Source: an uncultured Planctomycetaceae bacterium (lineage in GTDB: Bacteria; Planctomycetota; Phycisphaerae; SM23-33). Taken from it: a stretch of 64,000 nucleotides of DNA. The position numbers and the translations under genes are program-made. The notes below the pieces were generated by a model. That model was not told where the DNA came from. It made no database searches and saw nothing but the letters and a program-made list of their open reading frames with translations. Positions 27,833 through 37,382 of this stretch are shown in pieces. The stretch is from the NCBI GenBank assembly GCA_964472875.1, contig CAYYMD010000005.1:7670-71669 (forward strand). The letters are read 5' to 3'. Position 1 is the first letter of the stretch. Each line of letters opens with the position of its first letter.

Positions 27833-28887
27833 CACCCGAAACTAACATCTTCGCCGTGGAGACCAGTTGTGACGAGACGGCGGCTGCGGTCGTGGCCGAG
27901 GGGCGATACGTGCTGTCCGGCGTGGTGGCCAGCCAGGTCGAACTACATGCACGTTATGGCGGCGTAGTGCCCGAGGTCGCATCCCGCGCGCATCTGGAGA
28001 GCGTTAACACGGTTATCGAAAAGGCGCTGGCGGATTCGCAACTTGCCCCGCCTGATATCTCGGCCGTGGCAGTCACCAGCGAACCGGGGCTCATCGGCTC
28101 GCTACTGGTGGGGCTGATGGCCGCAAAGACGCTTGCGTGGGTGTGGGACGTGCCGCTTATCGGCGTCAATCACATTTACGCCCATGCCTACTCGCCGGCG
28201 CTGGACGCCGAGGCGATAGATTATCCGGCCGTGGCGCTGATATGTTCCGGCGGGCACACCGCGCTTTACAAGTGCGACTCGCCGACGGAGATGGAACTGC
28301 TGGGGGCAACGATAGACGACGCGGCCGGCGAGGCGTTTGACAAGGTAGCCGCCGTCCTGAAACTGGGCTACCCGGGCGGCCCGGCCATCGAGCGGGCTGC
28401 GGCCGGCGGCGATGCATCGGCGGTGGATTTTCCGCGGCCGTTGTTGGCGGACAAGTCGCTGGATTTCTCCTTCAGCGGGCTCAAGACCGCCGTATTGTAC
28501 CACATAAACGGCGTGCCAGGCGCGCATCGCAAAAAGAGTAAATTGCCACGGCCGGGTGGAATCGAAAACTTCACCGACAAGCAAATCGCCGACGCGGCCG
28601 CGAGTTTTCAGTCGGCTGTGGTGGACGTTCTGGCGGGCAAACTCCGCCGCGCGGCCGAGACGGTGCGGCCGAAGTCGCTGATTCTCGGCGGGGGCGTCTC
28701 GGCCAACAAGGCACTCCGCGAGGCGGCGGGGCGAATCGCCGAGAAAACCGGCTGCCCGCTGCGCCTGCCGCCGATGCAATTCTGCATAGACAACGCCGCA
28801 ATGGTAGCCGGGCTGGCATGGCACTATCTCCGTGCCGGGCGAACCAACAATCTGGACCTCGAGGCCACACCGACGGTGAGGAGATAG
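27829..28887 (+). CDS. tsaD: tRNA N6-adenosine threonylcarbamoyltransferase
   Basis: Kae1/TsaD family. N-terminus IFAVETSCDETAAAVV, with a His-His metal site region (GVNHIYAHAYSP) and the conserved ICSGGHT. Confidence 0.85.
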   Translation: MTPETNIFAVETSCDETAAAVVAEGRYVLSGVVASQVELHARYGGVVPEVASRAHLESVNTVIEKALADSQLAPPDISAVAVTSEPGLIGSLLVGLMAAKTLAWVWDVPLIGVNHIYAHAYSPALDAEAIDYPAVALICSGGHTALYKCDSPTEMELLGATIDDAAGEAFDKVAAVLKLGYPGGPAIERAAAGGDASAVDFPRPLLADKSLDFSFSGLKTAVLYHINGVPGAHRKKSKLPRPGGIENFTDKQIADAAASFQSAVVDVLAGKLRRAAETVRPKSLILGGGVSANKALREAAGRIAEKTGCPLRLPPMQFCIDNAAMVAGLAWHYLRAGRTNNLDLEATPTVRR

Positions 28888-29350
28888 GATATAGAGTTTC
28901 CGATTTCGATATAAATATTCGGAGATTGGATTGAAAAACGTAAACGATCATACTGGCCGCCAAATTCGCCTGACTGATGAAAAACTGTCATATTCTCGAA
29001 CATCCCGAGATGAATGAGATGCTTGAGAGCACCAAAACACCTTCATTGTCACAGCTTATTTAAGGGATTCGCTCAAACGAGGCGGGAAAACATGGCCGAA
29101 AGAATAAAAGTCTGGGATGGCGCGGAAGCGGATTTTATCGAAGTTCTGTTTTCGATAAGGAAGGTTTCATGCGACGCACGGACAACGAGGCCGTAATGGA
29201 GAGTGTAAGCAAACATCAAAAAGATGCGCCGCCGGAGACCAAACTTGCTCAGCCATTTCCTGATGCGGTGTGCGAGGGGATTTTGACGCGCGGGGCATTT
29301 GCGATTGATTATCGCGGCCGGGCGCTGTTTAATCGTAATTTACAGCAATC

Positions 29351-31063
29351 ATGAGTTATCTCGTACTGGCAAGAAAATATCGCAGCGCCACGTTCGAGGA
29401 GGTTATCGGCCAGGAACCCATCGCGCGGACGCTGAGCAACGCCATCAAAGAAGACAGGGTGGCGCACGCATACCTGTTCGCCGGCGCCCGCGGCGTGGGC
29501 AAGACCACCACCGCGCGAATACTGGCCAAGTGCCTCAACTGCATGTCGGTCGAGGAGCCCACCACCGAACCGTGCAACAAGTGCGAGGCGTGCGAGGCGA
29601 TATCCCGCGGCGATGACATAGACGTGGTGGAGATAGACGGCGCCTCCAACCGCGGCATAGACGAAATCCGCGAACTCCGCGCAAACGCCATCTACCGCCC
29701 CGCCCGCAGCCGGTACAAGATTTATTACATCGACGAAGTCCACATGCTCACCCGCGAGGCGTTCAACGCGCTGCTGAAGACCCTTGAGGAGCCGCCAGAG
29801 CACGTGAAGTTCATCTTCGCCACCACCGAACCTGAGAAGGTCCTGCCCACAATAACCTCCCGCTGCCAGCGGTTCGACTTCGCCGACATCCCGACCCGCC
29901 TGATAGCCGACCACCTCAAGGCAATCTGCGAGAAAGAGAAGATAAAGGCCGACGACGAGGCCCTGTTCCGCATCGCACGCGCCGCGGCCGGGTCCATGCG
30001 AGACGGGCTGAGTCTGTTGGACCAGATAATCGCCTCCGATGCGGAAATAACGCCCGAGGCCGTCGTCTCCATCCTCGGCACGCCGCCGGACCAGAAGGTG
30101 CTGTCCATCGTCGAGGCGATCGCCGCCGGCGACTCAGCGGCTGCGCTGGGCGAACTGAACAAGGTGCTAAGCGGCAGCGTAACGCTGTCATCGGTTGCTA
30201 AGGCCCTGGGCGATGCGTTCCGCAATATGATGCTGGCGGCCACATGCGGTGGCGACAGCGACCTTATTGAACTGCCCGATACGCAAAAACAGGCCACGGC
30301 GGAACTCGCCGGGCGATTCTCGCTGCCGGTGCTGGTGCAGGCGGTCTCGGTGGTACAGAACGCCGCATGGCGGATGCGCAGTTCGGCGCTGGCGAGGGCG
30401 CTGCTGGAGGCGGCGGTGGTGCGACTGGCCGAGGCCGACAAGTTCGTCGACCCGGAAAGTCTCATCGAGCGGCTACAGGAATTATCCGGCGGCCAAAAAA
30501 AAAATTCCCCACTAAAAGGTAAACCCTCTCCCGCAGCCACTGCCGGCTCACGCAGCGCCAAAAAAGAATCCTCTACCGGCCGTTACCTCGCAAACGAGCA
30601 ACCCAAACCCCCGCCACAGCTTCAGTGGGAACAGACCTGGCTTAGCGCTAACTGGGAAACTCTTATCGAAGCGCTGGCGGCCGTGGGCGAAAAGCAGGTG
30701 GCCGGGGCGATACGCCCTGCCCGTCTGGTGGAACTGGATGGCGAGACGGCCACGCTCGGCTTCGACAAGGACCATGAAATTCTACGGCGGCGATGCGACG
30801 GTGCGCTTAAGGCGCCTATCTGCAAAGCCCTTTCGCGACTGGCGGGCCGGCGTATAGAATGTAAATTCGTCTCCACGGCCACAAACGGCTCCGGCGAAGG
30901 CAAACGGGTGTTCGGTGGGCTGAGCACGGCAGAAAAAAACGGCATAGTAAAAGATCCTCACGTGCAGAAGGTCCTGGCGATGTTCGAAGCCGACGTCGTG
31001 GACATAACGAAGACCCAACCCTCGGCACCCGACACCGCCGGGGACAACACGCAGGACGACTAA
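29351..31063 (+). CDS. dnaX: DNA polymerase III subunit gamma/tau
   Basis: AAA+ clamp-loader N-terminus (LARKYRSATFEEVIGQE ... AYLFAGARGVGKTTTARILAKCLNC), a zinc module (CNKCEACEAI) and the SRC motif (TSRCQRF). Confidence 0.85.
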   Translation: MSYLVLARKYRSATFEEVIGQEPIARTLSNAIKEDRVAHAYLFAGARGVGKTTTARILAKCLNCMSVEEPTTEPCNKCEACEAISRGDDIDVVEIDGASNRGIDEIRELRANAIYRPARSRYKIYYIDEVHMLTREAFNALLKTLEEPPEHVKFIFATTEPEKVLPTITSRCQRFDFADIPTRLIADHLKAICEKEKIKADDEALFRIARAAAGSMRDGLSLLDQIIASDAEITPEAVVSILGTPPDQKVLSIVEAIAAGDSAAALGELNKVLSGSVTLSSVAKALGDAFRNMMLAATCGGDSDLIELPDTQKQATAELAGRFSLPVLVQAVSVVQNAAWRMRSSALARALLEAAVVRLAEADKFVDPESLIERLQELSGGQKKNSPLKGKPSPAATAGSRSAKKESSTGRYLANEQPKPPPQLQWEQTWLSANWETLIEALAAVGEKQVAGAIRPARLVELDGETATLGFDKDHEILRRRCDGALKAPICKALSRLAGRRIECKFVSTATNGSGEGKRVFGGLSTAEKNGIVKDPHVQKVLAMFEADVVDITKTQPSAPDTAGDNTQDD

Positions 31064-31142
31064 AATTAATATTGAGAGATGAGGTTCGTATTCGCGAAAT
31101 CCCATCGGGATAAGTTCGCGGCTGAAATAATCAGGAGTAAAA

Positions 31143-31508
31143 ATGTTCGGTGACATAGGCAAGATGATGAAAATGGTGGGGCAGATGAAAAAGCGACTGC
31201 CCGAGATGCGCGAAAAGATGGCCAACAGCGAGTTCACGGCCGAGATAACCGCACCGGAGTCTCAGCGAGGCACCACCGGCACGGTCAGGGCGACAGTCAG
31301 CGGCAGGGGCACACTGCTGGATTTGCGGATAGAGCCGGAAGTTCTCGACCGTGACGACACGCCGGCCCAGATGGCTGAAATGCTCGAGGACATCACTGCC
31401 GCGGCCGTAAAGGCCGCTCAGGAAAAGGCCGCCGACGCCATAAAAGAAGCCATGAACGAACTCACCGGCGGCGCCGAACTACCCCCCGGCCTTTCTGACA
31501 TAATTTGA
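31143..31508 (+). CDS. ybaB: Nucleoid-associated protein YbaB/EbfC
   Basis: 121 aa with the N-terminal MMKMVGQMKKRL motif. It lies in the conserved dnaX-ybaB-recR order. Confidence 0.8.
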   Translation: MFGDIGKMMKMVGQMKKRLPEMREKMANSEFTAEITAPESQRGTTGTVRATVSGRGTLLDLRIEPEVLDRDDTPAQMAEMLEDITAAAVKAAQEKAADAIKEAMNELTGGAELPPGLSDII

Positions 31509-31524
31509 TGATTACTATAAAGTC

Positions 31525-32124
31525 ATGGCAGATTATCCCAGCACAATCCAGCGTTTGATAGACCAGTTCGGGCGGCTGCCGGGCATCGGCGCCCGCACGG
31601 CCGAGCGGCTGGCGTTTTTTCTGCTGCGGTCGGAAAGACAGGAGGCGTTCGCCCTGGCCGAGGCCATCCGCGACATCAAGACCAAGGTCCGCCCGTGCAC
31701 GGTTTGCTTCAACATCGCCGAGGATGACCTGTGCAACATCTGCGCCGACCAGCAGCGGGACAAGTCCACCATCTGCGTGGTCGAGCAGCCCAAGGACCTG
31801 CTGGCACTGGAATCGACCGGCGCATACAACGGCGTGTATCACGTGCTGATGGGACACATAGCCCCGCTGGAGGGCGTCGGTCCGGAGGACCTGACCATCG
31901 ATGCGCTGGTGAAGCGCGTAAAGGCAGGCGGCGTGAAGGAGATTCTCCTGGCCACCAACCCCACAGTCTCAGGCGACAGCACGGCACTGCACATATCCGA
32001 GCGACTGGCAGACACGGCCGTAAACGTCACTCGCCTGGCGCGGGGACTGCCCACCGGCGGGCAGATAGAATACTCCAACAAATCCATCCTCGCCGACGCC
32101 ATAAGCAACCGGCGCAAAATCTGA
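31525..32124 (+). CDS. recR: Recombination protein RecR
   Basis: Helix-hairpin-helix (GIGARTAERLAFFLL), C4 zinc finger (CTVCFNIAEDDLCNIC) and a Toprim domain. Confidence 0.9.
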   Translation: MADYPSTIQRLIDQFGRLPGIGARTAERLAFFLLRSERQEAFALAEAIRDIKTKVRPCTVCFNIAEDDLCNICADQQRDKSTICVVEQPKDLLALESTGAYNGVYHVLMGHIAPLEGVGPEDLTIDALVKRVKAGGVKEILLATNPTVSGDSTALHISERLADTAVNVTRLARGLPTGGQIEYSNKSILADAISNRRKI

Positions 32125-32211
32125 TAAAATAATTTATCTGCGACCGCACCTCTGTGGCTGCCTGCAACGCTTGACAGTTTCGCGCCGGTGGGATATCGTC
32201 GTTTACAATAC

Positions 32212-32298
32212 GCCCGGGTGGCGGAATTGGCAGACGCGTCAGGTTGAGGGCCTGGTGGCCTATAAAAGGCCGTGCTGGTTCGAATCCAGTCCCGGGCA
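32212..32298 (+). tRNA. tRNA-Leu (anticodon GAG), class II with long variable arm
   Basis: Manual fold: acceptor GCCCGGG/CCCGGGC, D-arm GCGGAATTGGCAGACGC, anticodon stem-loop TCAGG-TTGAGGG-CCTGG (anticodon GAG), long variable arm TGGCCTATAAAAGGCCG, T-arm GGTTCGAATCC, discriminator A. A TTGACA hexamer sits about 40 nt upstream. Confidence 0.8.
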
Positions 32299-32397
32299 GT
32301 TTCACATTTCGGATCTCAAATTTGAGATTTCAAATTAAGAAACGTGTGGGAGGGTGACCAAGAGTCAGATTTTGTCTGTGGCGGCCGATTTTATGTT

Positions 32398-33339
32398 TTA
32401 AGTTTCGTTTTCCGTCGGTTTTGTTCCCGGCTTCCCCTCGGCCAGGTTGTCGTAAAACCGCCGTGTCGGATAGGCGAAATCCACGTTCTCACACTTCGAG
32501 AACTCTTCCAATATCGCCTCCCACATCTGCGCCTCGGTGCTGCGTCGGCGGCGCGGGTCGCACAGGTACCGCACGGTCAGCGTCACGCCGTAATCTATCA
32601 CCGACGTCCAAACGATGGGCGTTAGTTTCTCGTAGAAAATCATGTACTTGCCGGCCACGCGGCGGATCTGTTCGGCCGCACGCTCGCTCTTAAAGGCGGT
32701 GTGCTCCTGCGCCACGCCGGTGAGAATGTCCTTCGCCTTTCGCCAGTCGCTTTCGAAGGTAACCGTGACGGGAATCTCGTTCCAGATGAAGTTGAAGCCC
32801 TTGTTGTAGTTCGAGCACGAGTACTGGAATATCCAGTTGTTCGGCACATGGATGATCCTGCCGGTGCTCTGGTCGGCGTCGACCCAGTTGCCTATCTCGT
32901 TTATCGAAAACTGGAAGAGACTGATGTCGATAACGTCGCCGGCGTGCGAATGTATCTCGATGCGGTCGCCGGCGGTGAACGGCCGGGCGAATACTATGTA
33001 CAGCCAACCGGCCAGGTTTGTCACCGGGTCGCGTAGGGCTATGGCCAGGCCGGCCGAGACCAGGCCAAGATAGGTCATCAGGCCTGCTGCGCTGCCAACC
33101 CATACGCGGACCAGCGCCAGAACGGCCACGATGCCCAGCAGGTAGGTGATGCTCTTGGTGGCCATGTATTTACGGGCAACGTCCTTAACCCGCCGCCGGG
33201 CCAGGCGGACCAGTATACTGCGCACTACAAAGTAGCCCGCCACCACCGCCAGCGAAAGCAGTATGCTTCGCAGCGTATCCGGAGATATCCCCAGGTAACG
33301 GTGCACAACATCGCTGAAATGTTTCCAGATTGCATCCAT
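32398..33339 (-). CDS. Small-conductance mechanosensitive channel (MscS family)
   Basis: Three N-terminal TM helices including the pore-lining Gly/Ala-rich TM3 (GLVSAGLAIALRDPVTNLAGWLYIVF), followed by MscS beta and alpha-beta domains. Confidence 0.75.
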   Translation of the reverse strand: MDAIWKHFSDVVHRYLGISPDTLRSILLSLAVVAGYFVVRSILVRLARRRVKDVARKYMATKSITYLLGIVAVLALVRVWVGSAAGLMTYLGLVSAGLAIALRDPVTNLAGWLYIVFARPFTAGDRIEIHSHAGDVIDISLFQFSINEIGNWVDADQSTGRIIHVPNNWIFQYSCSNYNKGFNFIWNEIPVTVTFESDWRKAKDILTGVAQEHTAFKSERAAEQIRRVAGKYMIFYEKLTPIVWTSVIDYGVTLTVRYLCDPRRRRSTEAQMWEAILEEFSKCENVDFAYPTRRFYDNLAEGKPGTKPTENET

Positions 33340-33822
33340 ATTGATTGAACTGTAAGCGTTACGGATAATTCTACGAGGTTACAGTCCGATATTTCGACAA
33401 AATTACGCTGAAAGGCCGCGCATGCCGGCGGAAAATCGGTTACAAAACACGTTCGTCGCCGAGAAGGTGCAGGAATGCCCCGCGGACGTTTAGACTCTCC
33501 TTGCGGGCTGGCATGAGGACGGCGGAACTGACGCCGTTGGCCGACAGGCCCAGAACGGCAATGACCAGCATCAACGGCGCATCTATGCTCATGTCCCGCC
33601 CGAAACGCCGCCATGAGTTTCCGCGGCCGAATGCGCGCTTTACAGTCCTTGCAGGTATTTTCAGGTCAGCGGAGTTGACCTTTTATCGTAGTTTGATAAA
33701 ATCACTTTAGGTTATAAAGTAACCGGCTTATAAATGTACGATGGCAATGCCTCGCCAGCGTGATGAAGCCATAATATAAACGAAATATCGCAAAATCTTC
33801 GCGTAAAGACAGGAGATCGTTC

Positions 33823-36108
33823 ATGCGATTCTATTTTGAACTAAGCGATGATGTCGGTTCCACTGCCTTCGCCGCTTTATCGAACAGATGCCGTGCGCTG
33901 GGCTGGATTTGCCTTCTGGCCGCGATGCTTACGTTGTCTGTCGCCTCCGCCGCCGACGTCGTCGCGCCGCCTGATACGGAGGATGTATCCGAACAAATTG
34001 TCTCTAAGTACAAGTCGGTGTACACTACACGGCCGATAGGCCCAAATTATCAATCCTTGGATGCTGTTCTGATAGGCAACGGTGACGTGGCCGTCGCCAT
34101 CAGCACTACGCCGTCGCAGTTAAAAGGGCACCGGAGCCATCGCAAACCCGAGCAGATTCGTTTCTGGTTTCACAAAAACGACTTCTGGAAACTCGGCGGG
34201 CCAACCAAGAGTAAACTCCTGGGCTATATCGATTTCTGGTTCGAACTTCGCCACGGCAAGAATCGCCCTAAGCGAAAATACCGTTTCGAGAACGACCTAT
34301 ACACCGCAACCGCTCATGGCCGCGTGTCTCAGGGCGAGGACCAGATCCTCGACATAAAGGCCTGGGTCAGCGCGATTGACGATATGGTTTTTATACAGTT
34401 CTCCGCTCCCGCCAAGCAAAAGGTCTACTGGGTTAACACAGACCCTCAGATAATGCGGGCCGGCAGCGAGTGGGAAGCGAAAGGGGTAGACGGATACGAA
34501 AAGATTTTCTGGCGGCGGGAGTTTCCCGACGGCGATCCGCCTACGGGCATGAGCATGTGCTTCAAGAGGTATGGTGACAAAATGCGGCACGGCGAACTGG
34601 GCAAGAAGCCGCAGACGCTGGTTTTCGCCATTGACAGTCTTCTGGAGAACAAAAACTACGGCGAAAGCGTCCAAAAAAAGATAAAAGATTTTAAAATCGA
34701 GGACATGGAGAAGCAATACGCGGCCCATAGGCAATGGTGGTCCGATTTCTGGGCTAAAAGTTTCATCGACATTCCCGACGAAACAATCGAAAAGCAATAC
34801 TACCTGGCGAATTACGTGCTGGCCGGTTGCTGCCGCAACAAGGATTTCCCGCCCGGACTGCGGACTACATGGACGTGCAACGACAATCCGCGATGGAGTA
34901 ACGACTATCACCTCAACTATAACTTCCAGGCCGGATTTTACAGTCTGTATGGAACCAATCACCCCGAAATGGGCGAAGTGCAGGACCAGCCGCTGCTGGA
35001 TTACATGCCGGTCGGACGCAAACTCGCAAAAGAGCGACTGGGCGTGCCAGGCATTTTATATCCGGTCGGTATAGGTCCGAAGGGCACAACAACATGGGGA
35101 AATGACTACGGCCAGAAAAGCAACGCCTCATATGGCGCAGTCAACATGATTTTCCGCTGGAAGACCACATATGACCTTGATTATGCAAAAAAAGTTTACC
35201 CATACTTCAGGGAACTGACAACTTTCTGGGAGGCATACCTTAAGTACGAAAAAGAGAATGACCGCTACGTTATCGAAAAGGACTCGGTCCACGAGCAAAG
35301 CGGCAAGGACTTCAACTCCATTGTCTCCCTCGCGCTGTGCCGCGCGGTGTTCGAAACGGCCATGGACATGAGCAAGGCCCTCGGCGTGGACGTTGAAAAG
35401 CAAGAGAAGTGGAACCGCATCCTTGAACATCTCAGCGACTATGCCACCCAGCAGCGGGAGGGTAAAACGGTCTTCCGCTACACGGAAAAGGGTACGGAAT
35501 GGTGGAAAGGCAACACGCTCGGCATTCAGCACATATACCCTGCGCTGGGCATCGGCCTGGAAAGTGACCCGCGCCTTATAAAGATAGCCCGAAATACTAT
35601 TGACGTTATGCAGCGATGGTTCGACCACAACGGCGACAATAGTTTCTTCCCCGCGGCCGCTTACGTCGGATACAAACCCGAGGTCATCTACAAAAAACTC
35701 CACGAGTATGTCGCCAGCCACTATCGGCCTAACGGCCTGCGCGCCCGCCAGGGACATGGAACGGAGAAATTATCCACCATTCCAAACACGGTGAACATGA
35801 TGCTGTGCTCCGTACACCGCGGTGTCATGCGGCTTTATCCGGCCTGGCCGAAAGACGTCGACGCACGATTCGGCAACCTCCGTCAGTTTGGAGCGTTCCT
35901 TGTCTCCAGCGAACTAAAAGATGGAACGGTGCGGTATGTCACTATCCTGAGCGAAAAGGGCCGTGACCTGACACTCGTGAACCCCTGGCCCGGCCGGGAC
36001 GTGGCGCTGCGTCGGAACGGGCAGGAGGCAAAAAAGGTCCTCAGCGGGAAAAACTTTACTATTGAGACAAGCCCGGGCGAGACACTCGCACTGACTCCGG
36101 CTGAATAA
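33823..36108 (+). CDS. Secreted divergent GH95-like six-hairpin glycoside hydrolase (function uncertain)
   Basis: 761 aa with a signal-anchor-like N-terminus. The segment WSNDYHLNYNFQAGFYSLYGTNHPEMGE resembles the GH95 catalytic N-x-N-x-Q/E-x-N-Y-W region. The downstream layout (YG, aromatic-rich helices, VYPYFRELTTFWEAYL) parallels GH95. Similarity is remote and judged by eye. Confidence 0.4.
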   Translation: MRFYFELSDDVGSTAFAALSNRCRALGWICLLAAMLTLSVASAADVVAPPDTEDVSEQIVSKYKSVYTTRPIGPNYQSLDAVLIGNGDVAVAISTTPSQLKGHRSHRKPEQIRFWFHKNDFWKLGGPTKSKLLGYIDFWFELRHGKNRPKRKYRFENDLYTATAHGRVSQGEDQILDIKAWVSAIDDMVFIQFSAPAKQKVYWVNTDPQIMRAGSEWEAKGVDGYEKIFWRREFPDGDPPTGMSMCFKRYGDKMRHGELGKKPQTLVFAIDSLLENKNYGESVQKKIKDFKIEDMEKQYAAHRQWWSDFWAKSFIDIPDETIEKQYYLANYVLAGCCRNKDFPPGLRTTWTCNDNPRWSNDYHLNYNFQAGFYSLYGTNHPEMGEVQDQPLLDYMPVGRKLAKERLGVPGILYPVGIGPKGTTTWGNDYGQKSNASYGAVNMIFRWKTTYDLDYAKKVYPYFRELTTFWEAYLKYEKENDRYVIEKDSVHEQSGKDFNSIVSLALCRAVFETAMDMSKALGVDVEKQEKWNRILEHLSDYATQQREGKTVFRYTEKGTEWWKGNTLGIQHIYPALGIGLESDPRLIKIARNTIDVMQRWFDHNGDNSFFPAAAYVGYKPEVIYKKLHEYVASHYRPNGLRARQGHGTEKLSTIPNTVNMMLCSVHRGVMRLYPAWPKDVDARFGNLRQFGAFLVSSELKDGTVRYVTILSEKGRDLTLVNPWPGRDVALRRNGQEAKKVLSGKNFTIETSPGETLALTPAE

Positions 36109-36293
36109 TTATGCCACAGTTGCCGTGAATACTTTCGTAAATACTTGGACGGAAATATTAGGATAGACGGAAGTGGCCGACAAAAATGTTCCTGCGCCGG
36201 ACGAATCGTATTGAGAGCACCCGCAGCGTGATTTGCATGAGACCTTTCGAGAATTGTCCGTCAATTAGGGAAAAATACAATATGGGCATGATT

Positions 36294-37379
36294 TCAATCG
36301 ATGGGAAGTTGAGGTGGCCGCGACTTTTTATCGCTTCCAGACTCGGGCTTTGGCTTAGGTGGCTTTACGCCTTTACACTTATATTGCCACACTATGATAG
36401 TCCACTTGTCACGGGTGGTGGGCACCCACCCTGCTGCTAAAGAGTATTCGTCGCTAACGCGACGCGCACGGACATAGAGTTCAAAACTATCGGGCCAGAC
36501 GACAAATCGCACGTACCGCTTATCTTTGTCCGTATGCCGCAACACTCGTTGAAAAAGACTGTGCGGCATTTGGATTCGATTTATTGTTTCGCCGCCTCCG
36601 CGCTTACGGTTCAATACCACTTGTACCCCTCGCCAGTGTGGCTCGACGGTGTATCTAAAATCGTTCGTTCCCAGATTGTGGTTCTGGAAATACTCCGCAA
36701 GCACCTTGCAATCGACAGGGGCTGTTTTGTCCGACCGATTGGGAAAGCAATGTCGAACAATCGCACTGACGACCTTTTTGACGTTATCGTAACTGACATG
36801 ATACAGACGACCCTCCCGGCAAAGAAATAATACGGGCCTGGCGCCTTTCGGCGCCGGGCGGGGATTTGGAAGAGTCACGATTTTTGGTGGCGGCGCTTTG
36901 ACCTTCGCCACCTCAGCCAGCTGTGTCTGGATACGGTCCTCTTGCTGATCGAGCTTACCGATTTGCTCGGTGAGTTTATTGATTTCGTTCTTGCGTTGTG
37001 TCAGGAGTTTTTCAACCTTTTGTTTGAACTTGTCCGGCTCAGTGGGTTCAGATAGCTGCTTTTGCAGACCGGCGATGCGCTGCTGTGTCTCGTCGAGTCG
37101 GCGACGCAATTCAGGCAGATGCTTCTTTTTCTGGTTCCATTGACGAAGCAGTTGATTGATTTCTTGTTCCTGTTGATTGGCTTTCTTCTCGGCCAGCGCC
37201 AGCTGCCGTCTGCTGACTACCGGAATGTCTTGCTCCGCGCGTAAAACCCTCTTGACCGCATCAGCGACATTAAGTTGCGTAACCACCAGCAGAATAACCA
37301 GAATGCCGACAACGTTAGTCATCGTGTCAAGCAGTGAATCGAGACTCCCAATTTCGGTTTTTCGCCTGCGTCGCGACAT
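36294..37379 (-). CDS. ExbD/TolR-like membrane protein with long coiled-coil spacer (paralog B; retains TM Asp)
   Basis: 361 aa. The N-terminus MSRRRRKTEIGSLDSLLDTMTNVVGILVILLVV matches the ExbD/TolR basic patch plus TM helix with the conserved Asp. About 140 aa of heptad coiled coil follow. The C-terminal ~150 aa have an ExbD-like periplasmic-domain pattern and end in the paralog-shared motif W-Y-K-C-G-K-P. Confidence 0.5.
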   Translation of the reverse strand: MSRRRRKTEIGSLDSLLDTMTNVVGILVILLVVTQLNVADAVKRVLRAEQDIPVVSRRQLALAEKKANQQEQEINQLLRQWNQKKKHLPELRRRLDETQQRIAGLQKQLSEPTEPDKFKQKVEKLLTQRKNEINKLTEQIGKLDQQEDRIQTQLAEVAKVKAPPPKIVTLPNPRPAPKGARPVLFLCREGRLYHVSYDNVKKVVSAIVRHCFPNRSDKTAPVDCKVLAEYFQNHNLGTNDFRYTVEPHWRGVQVVLNRKRGGGETINRIQMPHSLFQRVLRHTDKDKRYVRFVVWPDSFELYVRARRVSDEYSLAAGWVPTTRDKWTIIVWQYKCKGVKPPKPKPESGSDKKSRPPQLPID

Positions 37380-37382
37380 GAT

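Noticed and set aside
28888-29350. Low-GC 460-bp spacer between tsaD and dnaX, looked at as a possible SRP RNA (ffs/scr) locus because scr precedes dnaX in some bacteria
   Set aside because: No match to the conserved SRP RNA domain IV sequence (GGTCAGGTCCGGAAGGAAGCAGC-like) and no other recognisable ncRNA signature. The two 60-aa ORFs here have no coding character. It is left unannotated.
29725-30561. 278-aa minus-strand ORF, Ser/Ala-rich
   Set aside because: It is antisense to dnaX.
32171-32209. TTGACA hexamer (32171-32176) upstream of tRNA-Leu as a promoter -35 box
   Set aside because: The best downstream -10-like hexamer (TACAAT, 32204-32209) gives a 27-nt spacer, too long for a canonical sigma-70 promoter. 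No better-spaced -10 was found, so it is not called as a feature.
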